DNA of 64,000 nucleotides from the human T2T-CHM13v2.0 reference genome, Homo sapiens. Below, one piece after another: positions 50,503-64,000 of this stretch (position 1 is its first letter; each line of letters begins with the position of its first letter). Position numbers and translations under genes: made by a program. The stretch lies in NCBI RefSeq assembly GCF_009914755.1, contig NC_060943.1; one strand, written 5' to 3'. The notes below the pieces were generated by a model that had not been told where the DNA came from, ran no database searches, and saw nothing but the letters and a program-made list of their open reading frames with translations.

Positions 50503-52014
50503 TCATTGAGATACCTCCCCACACGCACCACAAGGGTTGCAATTAGACAGAGGGGTGCAGGCGAGGACATGGAGCTACTAGAACCCTCGTGCACTGCTCA
50601 GGGGAGTGCAGACCAGCACAACCACTTTGGAAAGCAACTGTCAGTATCTACTGAAGCCAGGCATATGCCAGTCCTATGAGCCAGCAATTCGTCTCCCACG
50701 TATACACCTAACAGAAGGGTACACCTGTTTACAAGACACATACACTGCCCTATTCACAATGGCTCATAAACTGGAAACTACCCCATGCCTGTCAGCACAG
50801 AGTAGATAAAGAAACTGGGCCATATCACATAATGGAAACACCCAGCAATGAGACACAACAGCCTACTGTCATACCCATAGTATAGCTGAATCTCACAGAC
50901 ACCACGCAGGCGAGACACCAGACACGCAAAAGAAAACTTACTGTATGATCCCATTCATGTGACGTTCAAAAACTCACAAAGTAATTACTACACCAGAAGT
51001 TATGTGTGGGTGGGTGTGGTGGCTCACACCTGTAATATGAACACTTGGGGAGGCCAAGGCAGGAGGATTGTTTGAGCCCAGGAGTTTGAGACCAGCCTGA
51101 GCAACATAGCAAAACCTTGTCACTACAAAACATAGAAAAATTAGCTGGGCATGGTGGTGCATGCCTGTAGTCGCAGCTACTTGGGAGTCTGAGATGGATC
51201 ACCTGAGCCCAGGGAGGTCAAGGCTGCAGTGAGCCATGATTGGGCCACTGCACTCCAGCCTGGGAGTCAGAGTGAGACCCTGTCTCAAAAAAAAAAAAGT
51301 CAGGTGCCTTTGGGAGGCAGAAGGTGGGGGTGACTAGGAGGGGCACAGGTAGCATCTGGGAGGCTGGGAATGTTGTTTCTTGATCTGGGTGCTGGTTACA
51401 TGGGTGTGTTTGCTCTGAAAGTCGCTGGGTTAGACAGTTATGCTTTCTGTACTTCTCTGTACATGTTATAAAAAGAAATTGGCTGGGTGCCATGGTGCAC
51501 GCCTGTAATCTCAGCACTTCGGGAGGCTGAAGCTGGAAGATCACTTGAGCTCAGGAGTTTGAGACTAGTCTGGGCAACATATTGAGACCCCATCTCTACA
51601 AAAAAATATATATATATAAAAATTTGCTGGGTGTGGTGGCACACGCCTGTAATCCCAGCTACTCAGGAGGCTGAAGCAGGAGGACTGCTTGAGCCTGGGA
51701 GGTGAAGGCTGCAGTGAGCCAAGATGGAGCCACTGCTCTCCAGCCTGGGCAATAGAGTGAGAACCTGTCTCAAAAGAAAAAAAAAAGAAAGAAAGAAAGA
51801 AAGAAATTAATGGCGGGGGAACCCCCACTCCATCTTGGACATCATTCCCCATCAGCCCACCAGGCACGTCCTTGGTCTTTATGTGGCTACAGATTCATCC
51901 CTGAATGAACACAACTCTTGGATTTGACACCTGTGGACAGACATCCTTGTCCACTATGACAAAGCAGTTTGGTACCCAATGTCTAGCACGTGTCCAAGGA
52001 TGTTTTTCAGATAA

Positions 52015-52275
<261 letters not shown>

Positions 52276-52690
52276 TGATCCGCCCACCTCGGCTTCCCAA
52301 AGTGCTGGGATTACAGGCGTGAGCCACTGCGCCCGGCCTTTTCTTTAAGACAGGGTCTCACTCTGTCATCTAGGCTGAATACAGTGGTACAATCATAGCT
52401 CGCTGCAGCCTCAAACTCCTGGGCTCAAGTGATCCTCCCACCATAGCTTCCCAAGTAGCTGGGAATACAGGCATGCACCACCATGCCCAGCTAATTTTTT
52501 ATCCAGGCGGGGTCTTGCTATGTTGTCCAGGTTGGTCTTGAACTCCTGGGCTCAAGTGGTCCTCCTGCTTTGGCCTCCCAAAGTGCTAGGATGAAGGGTA
52601 TGAGCCACTGCACCCAACCCTGCTTTTAAGATAAATTTTAAAAGTGGAATAACTGGTTCAAAGGGTGTGTGCATTTAAAATGTGGTTAGA

Positions 52691-52789
52691 GGCTGGGCTG
52701 AGTGCAGCAATGTTTACAACTAATTGATCACAACCAGCTACAGATTTCTTTGTTCCTTTCCACTTCCACTCCTTCACTTGACCAGCCTT
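52691..52789 (+). pseudogene. Y3 RNA (RNY3-derived) retropseudogene
   Basis: GGCTGGGCTGAGTGCAGCAATGTTTACAACTAATTGATCACAACCAGCTACAGATTTCTTTGTTCC...TTCACTTGACCAGCCTT matches full-length hY3 as recalled; followed by an A/TA-rich tail; no Pol III upstream promoter seen. Confidence 0.92.
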
Positions 52790-52796
52790 AAAAATA

Positions 52797-52805
52797 TAAA
52801 TACAT

Positions 52806-52842
<37 letters not shown>
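52797..52842. repeat. (TA)n microsatellite in the Y3 pseudogene tail
   Basis: Seen directly. Confidence 0.85.
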
Positions 52843-52846
<4 letters not shown>

Positions 52847-52971
52847 ATTTTTTTTTTTTTTTTGAGACAGAGTCTCGCTGTCGCCCAGGCTGGAGTGCAG
52901 CGGCATGATCTTGGCTCACTGCAACCTCTGCCTCCCAGGTTCAAGCAAATTCTCCTGCCTCAGCCTCCTGA

Positions 52972-53355
<384 letters not shown>

Positions 53356-54028
53356 TAGCCAGGATGGTCTCGATCTCCTGACCTCGTGATCCGCCCGCCT
53401 CGGCCTCCCAAAGTGCTGGGATTACAGGCGTGAGCCACCGTGCCCGGCCCCAAAAATTTTTTTGTTAGAATTTACTAGTTGCTCTCCATACAGACTGCAC
53501 AGGTCTATATACCTCCAACAACATGAGAGAGCCACTCCTCACAACTTTGCCCCAGGGCTTCCTGGGACTGGCTCTGAGCTGTGCCTGGGTCAGCAAGGAA
53601 CCTCCTGCACCATGCTGTGGAAAATGTGCCATCAGTGAGAGACTGGGAGAAGATACTTGTAATGCCTACAATCAACAAGGGACTAATATCATTTTCATTT
53701 TTATTTTATTTATTTTGAGACAGAATCTTGCTCTGTCGCCCAGGTTGGAGTGTAGTAGCATGATCTCGGCTCACTGCAACCTCTCTGCCTCCTGTGTTCA
53801 AGCGATTCTCCTGCCTCAGCCTCCCCAGCAGCTGAGATGATAGGTGTCTGCCACCAGGCCCGGCTAATTTTTTTGCATTTTTTTTTTAGTAGAGACAGGG
53901 TTCACCACGTTGGCCAGGCTGATCTCGAACTCCTGACCTCAGGTAATCTGGCCACCTTGGCTTCTCAAAGTGCTGGGATTACAGGCATGAGCCACCACAC
54001 CCAACCAACAAGGGACTAATATGTAGAA

Positions 54029-54624
54029 TAGTCAGTTCTACTATAAGGCATGCATTCATAGAAATCACAGCAATATGCAAAATCCTGCAGTCAAAAACCA
54101 CAAGGCTTACAGAGAAAACAGGATTGTGTCACAATCCTCGTAAACTTTGTCGGTGATGCTTAAAGAAAAAGATAAGAACAGAATACAAAAGGAGAGAACA
54201 GTTTCACACGGGCTAGGTGGTTAAGACATACCAACATACTCCAAAAATATGGCAGTTGACCTTGACAAAGACTTGAAGTTTGTTGTGGCAATGGGTGTGG
54301 GGTGGAGGGAGCGCCTTGTGAATTACTGTGATGTGGTGGAAAGAGGGTTATTTGAGATCTGATGGAAAGTCCTAGTACCAGATGTGGATGGGTGTGGCTC
54401 CTAACACCCGGGGAACTGCGGTGGTGGTATTTGTTTGAAGTGCCGTGTATGTGTGCTTTGTGTATTCCCACACACACTTATAGCAGAGTGCAGTTTCCTG
54501 GATTCACCTTGGATGCACATAAGCAAATGTGAAATTGGTGTTATGCTCAAATTGTTCCCTGATATATCAACTGCATTGGAATAAATTCACATTTTCAAAA
54601 TAAGCATTATAGCAGAACTGATGG
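54029..54624. mobile_element. ~600-bp DNA transposon with terminal inverted repeats (Tigger-like, subfamily unresolved)
   Basis: Left TCAGTTCTACTATAA and right TTATAGCAGAACTGA are inverted complements (14/15); TA dinucleotides nearby. Confidence 0.65.
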
Positions 54625-54791
54625 TACATGAAACTCCAGCAAATCAAGAAGAAAATTACAGCCACTCCAATAGAAAGATGAGTAAAAGAGGCTGGGTGCC
54701 GTGGCTCATGCCTGTAATCCCAACACTTTGGGAAACCAAGGCAGGAAGATTGCTTAAGGCCAGGAGTTCAAGACCAGCCTGGGCAATATAG

Positions 54792-55045
<254 letters not shown>

Positions 55046-55723
55046 TGATCTCGAACTCCTGACCTCGTGATCTGCCCGCCTTGGCCTCCCAGAGTGCTGG
55101 GATTACAGGTGTGAGCCCACTGCGCCCGGCCTGGGAGGATCTTTAAATCATAATGCTTAGTGAGAAAAGAGTAAAACAAGAGCTCAATACCATGTAGGCA
55201 CAGGAAATCTACTGTGCATACAATGATACTTTTTTTTTTTTTTTTTGAGACGTTATCTCGCTCTTTCACCCAGGCTGGAGCGCAGTGGCACAATCTCACT
55301 GCAAGCTCCACCTCCCAGGTTCACACCATTCTCCTGCCTCAGCCTCCTGAGTAGCTGGGACTACAGGCACCTGCCACCACACCCAGCTAATTTTTTTTAT
55401 TTTTTTTTTAGTAGAGATGGGGTTTCACCATGTTAGCCAGGATGGTCTTGATCTCCTGACCTCGTGATCTGCCCGCCTCGGCCTTCCAAAGTGCTGGGAT
55501 TACAGGTGTGAGCCACCGTGCCTGGCCTACAATGATACATTTTAAAGAACATTTGGCCGGGCACGGTGGCTCACACCTGTAATCCCAGCACTTTAGGAGG
55601 CCGAGGTGGGCAGATCACTTGAGGTCAGGAGTTTTGAGACCAGCCTGGCCAACATGGTGAAACCACGTCTCTACTAAAAATACAAAAATTAGCCGGGCGA
55701 GGTGGCAGGCGCCTGTAATCTCA

Positions 55724-56131
<408 letters not shown>

Positions 56132-57011
56132 TCAAAAAATAAAGAAAGAAAGAATAAAATATAAAGAACTCTTGCAGACAAAAGGCTCCACATGACACAT
56201 ATTAGTTGCATTCAGGAAAGATTGTCTCCTGCTCTCAAGTAGCCTGCAAGTAGGATCCAGAAGTTGGGGTGGGGAGCACAACCAAGGGTCCCACCGATGT
56301 AAAAAGCAACTTCATCTCTATCGCCCCCTTCTGGTTGCTTTGAAAAACTTGCCTTTCCCATTCAAAACTTGAAACACAAACCTCTGGGAGCTATGGAGCT
56401 CTCTCTCCCCCTACTGGCGTCTTCTCAGAAGCCACTCTTTGGGTTTTAGGTATATTTACACAGAATCAAAGCAAAGACCTTTACAGTTGGATGCGATCTG
56501 ACAAATGTATACACCCTTGTGACCACGACCCTATGGAGATACAGAACCTTCCTATCACGCTAAATACCCCCTCACGCCCCTTCCCGATCAATGTGCCCCC
56601 TGAGGCAGCCAGGGCTGCTTGCAGAAGGGCGACCTTGATCAAACACCCCAACTTGACCCAGGGTCCCCTCCACATGCCAGGCTCCTCCTCCGACTTCCCC
56701 CTGACCCCCAAGCTTCTCAGTGAACGTCCAACACCTGTTGCCTCCCCTCACCTGCCATCCGCTCCCCAGCCCCCACAACTGCCACTCATGAAGGTCACGG
56801 TGACCTTTTCATGGACACATTCCCCACTCTATTCTTAGTTGTCAACTCCCTTGACCCTCTGCAGTATTTGGCTCTGGGCACCTCGGCTTTCCCAGAGATG
56901 AGCTTGCTTGCTGTTTTGTGGCCAAGAACTGAGGTTTCTACATAGATGGGGACATTTTCCCTCCAAAAATAGGAGGAACACCTATAGAGGGAGCATTTAA
57001 ACTTTTTTTAA

Positions 57012-57326
<315 letters not shown>

Positions 57327-57757
57327 TGATTTTTAAAACTCAGTGATTTTTAAGATCCTGAGACCAGAAAGCGTGAGCGCCTCCAACCAAGGGTTGAAGA
57401 ATAGCCAGTTTCAGGATTTACAAACTCTGAAAGCTGAGCTCTCCTGCCCCACACTATATTGTCTCTTTGGTAGGTCCAATTTCAAACTACAAAGCAGACT
57501 GCTGCCATCTGCTGTCACCAGCATTTCAGAGAGGAAACAGGCAAAGAGCAGGAGCGACCGATGTCAGCATAATCCCTACCTCACAGCACAGGAAACAGGC
57601 TCACAGCATGTCCCAGCTGGGAAATGGCAGAGCTGGGACTCAGACCCAGGCAGCCAGGCTCTGGAGCCATTCCTTTTAACTAGGTGACAACTGTCAGTTT
57701 TCCTAGGAAAGTCACAATCTCAGAAAAAAGGCCAATCAGGCTGGCCACGGTGGCTTA

Positions 57758-58086
<329 letters not shown>

Positions 58087-58161
58087 TTACTCTTTCAGCA
58101 CATCTCAGTAATTTCAGTAATTCAGATGCTAAATTTTCTTTTTTTTTTCTTTTTTTTTTGA

Positions 58162-58380
<219 letters not shown>

Positions 58381-58509
58381 TGATCCACCCGCCTCAGCCT
58401 CCCAAAGTGCTAGGATTACAAGCATGAGTCACTGCACCCAGCCTTTTTTTTTTTTTTTTTTTTTTGAGACAGAGTCTCGCTCTGTTGCCCAGTCTGGAGT
58501 GCAAAATAG

Positions 58510-58686
<177 letters not shown>

Positions 58687-59772
58687 TAAATTTTCATTGG
58701 AGATACTTTAAAATATATATATATATGGCTGGGAGCAGTGGCTCACGCCTGTAATCCCAGCACTTTGGGAGCCCAAGGCGGGCAGATCACCTGAGGTCAG
58801 GAGTTCAAGACCAGCCTGGCCAATGTGGCGAAACCCTGTCTCTACTAAAAATGCAAAAATTGGCTGGGTGTGGTGGCAGGTGCCTGTAGTCCCAGCTACT
58901 CGGGAGGCTGAGGCAGGAGAATCGCTTGAACCTGGGGGCAGAGGTTGCAGTGAGCCAAGATCGGGCCACTGCACTCCAGCCTGGCCAACAGATCAAGACT
59001 GTGTCTCAAAAAAAAAAAAAAAAAAAAAGCCCGGCTCTGAAGCAGACCCTGGCTCTAAGCATTTTACTGAATATCATAACACCTCAAACGGTCGAATATC
59101 ACAACACTCCACTGAATATCACAGCACCTCAAATAGTTGCTATAAATGAAGAGAGGCACAGAGGCGGTGCCCTAGGTTATGCAGCTAGTGAGTCCTACAG
59201 CTGTGTTTGATCCAAGCACCTGTGGCTTTGACCATCCACTGTGCCAGCTGGCTGCAGGCGGCCTCAGGCACTGTGCTGAACTCTGGGAGTGGATCAGACA
59301 GCTAGTGTGTGTCTTGTCCTCCCCTGAAATCCTGTCTCCTTTCTCCTCCAGAGCACTGCCAAGGTTTGCCTCCTCCAAGAAGCCTGCCTCTCCGGGATCA
59401 GTTAGGTTCTCCTTGCACTTGACCGTGCCCTGAGCTACCTCCGTTACAGCCCGTCCCTCGGTATTTCGGCTCCAGAGTAGGGGCCCTGGTTGGTGGGGCC
59501 TGGGTTGAACTTCAGCCTGGGTCCCAGCATTGCCTGGCACCTGGGAGGTCTCAGAGATGTCATGATAGAATCAATGAACCACCTCCAATCCTAGGGCCAG
59601 GGGAGGTGGGTTAGCAATGAACTAACCATGCAGCCATGACATCATGCCATTAATACACTAATAATTCATTAGTAACATGTGAATCACAGAAGCACTGGAA
59701 GAACAGAAGTAATCATCACATCCTTCAACCCCTTAAGAATCAGACCTTGTGGGAAGCACTTTCCACATGTGA

Positions 59773-60054
<282 letters not shown>

Positions 60055-60564
60055 TAGATACTTTTTTTGTATTTTTAGTAGAGACGGGGTTTCACCATGT
60101 TGGCCAGGCTGGGTCTTGAACTCCTGACCTCAGGTGATCTACTACCTCGGCCTCCCAAAGTGCTGGGATTACAGGCATGAGCTACCGCGCCCAGTCTTGC
60201 TCATTTAATAGGTAGGAAAATTGAAGCTTGGAGAAATTGGCCTCTTCCTCAGTCTATTCCTTGACAAACCAGCCTCAGGGGGGCTTTTCAGAATGGAAGT
60301 TTGATTAAGTCACTCTCTTCAACTGCTTCTTGGACATGACTCAAGACAAAAACCAAATTATTCAGACTAAGTGTAAGAGAAATGGGAGAATAGGAAAACT
60401 GCCATTTTGCAACCTCTGGTGAAATAGCTGACTCAGGCAATGATTGTTGATGGATGGCATTAAAGGAGAGGCTGATGGGGCCTGGATAGTCACAGGATGC
60501 TAATTCTTGCTACTGGAAAATACACAGTTGTAGCTTTACAATGCGGTTTTCGATGGCTGCCACC

Positions 60565-61481
<917 letters not shown>

Positions 61482-61644
61482 TGCTGCCTGAGCCTGAATG
61501 AATTTCACTACCCCTGAAAATGGGGCACCCAGGCAGTATGCAACATGAAGCGACCAGCTCTGAAGTAATCACCTGACAGCTGAATGGAAATTTAATCAAG
61601 TCTTTACATTCAATTTCCTGATTCTAGGAAGTCAGAGGATATAG

Positions 61645-62225
<581 letters not shown>

Positions 62226-62457
62226 GCAGTTACAAAAGTCAGATATCTCCTGGCTGTTGTGGCTCATACCTGGATAGGGTGCTTTGGGAGGCAAAGGCAG
62301 GAGGATCACTTGAACTCACGAGTTCAAGACCAGCCTGAGCAACATGCCAAAACCCTGTCTCTACCAAAAAAAAGCAGCAGCAGCATGGTTTTTGAGACCA
62401 GACTTGAACTTGCTATGGGCAACATAGCAAGACTCCATCTCCACAAAACAAAATTTA

Positions 62458-62697
<240 letters not shown>

Positions 62698-62758
62698 TCA
62701 CCTGAGGTTGGGAATTCGAGACCAGCCTGACCAACATGGAGAAACCCCATCTCTACTA

Positions 62759-62917
<159 letters not shown>

Positions 62918-63624
62918 TCAAAAAAAAAAAAAAAAAAAAAAAAATCAGGATATCTGATAAGGGAATTGCAGTGAGAATATATTAAAAACTTACAACTCAA
63001 TAATGAAAGGACACCTAACACAATTTGAAAATGGGTAAAGGATTGGAATAGACAGTTCTTCAAAGATCTACAAATGGCCAATAAGCATGTTAAAAGACAC
63101 CAGTTCACACCCCCTAGAATGACTATAATCAAAAAGATAAATAATAAGTGCTGGTGTGGATATGGAGAAACTGGAACCCTTATACATTGGTGGTAGAAAT
63201 GTAAAATGGTACAGCCATTCTGGAAAAGTCACAGTTTCTCAAAAGGTTAAATAGTCACCTTTTGACCCAGCAATTCCACTGCCAATAGAAATAAAAACAT
63301 ACATCCATGCAGGCGGGGCGCGGTGGCTCATGCCTGTAATCCCAGCACTTTGGGAGGCCAAAGCGGGCGGATCATGAGGTCAAGAAATCGAGACCATCCT
63401 GGCCAACATGGCGAAACCCCATCTCTACTAAAAATACAAAAATTAGCTAGGCGTGGTAGCGCATGCCTGTAGCCCCAGCTAGTCGGGAGGCTGAGGCAGG
63501 AGAGTCGCTCAAACCTGGGAGCCGAGATCACGCCACTGCACTCCAGCCTGGGTGACAGAGCAAGACTCTGTCTCAAAAAAAGAAAAAAAAAGAAAAGAAG
63601 TATATCTTGGGTAAAGGAATATTA

Positions 63625-63900
<276 letters not shown>

Positions 63901-64000
63901 TTATGGTTTCATTTGTGCAAAATACCCAGATTAGGCAAATCCACAGATATAGCAGAGTAGTGGCTGCCAAAGACTGGGGTGGGAAGGATTGGGAGGAAAT

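Overview
Primate, most likely human, genomic DNA recognisable as the chr19q13.3 FCGRT-RCN3-NOSIP locus. It contains the last five coding exons of FCGRT (neonatal Fc receptor heavy chain, + strand, 5' end outside the window) and the complete RCN3 gene (reticulocalbin-3, + strand; spliced CDS 987 nt = 328 aa, ending HDEL). It also contains all eight coding exons of NOSIP (- strand; spliced CDS 906 nt = 301 aa), whose first non-coding exon appears to lie beyond the right edge. Most of the rest is densely packed and nested Alu elements, plus older L1/L2/MIR, MaLR/ERVL LTR and DNA-transposon remnants, a decayed tRNA-Lys(TTT) and a Y3 RNA retrocopy. Almost all of the ORF track is Alu noise. I see no new protein-coding system. 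The best unexplained structure is: (i) three local copy events between neighbouring Alus, two of which duplicate rare junctions; (ii) stop-free in-frame introns, an alternative donor and a candidate uORF micro-exon in NOSIP; (iii) several cryptic minisatellites, one motif recurring in the last introns of two genes; (iv) a strong CTCF motif between the convergent RCN3 and NOSIP 3' ends. Gene and repeat names are from recognition, not database search; repeat boundaries are approximate.
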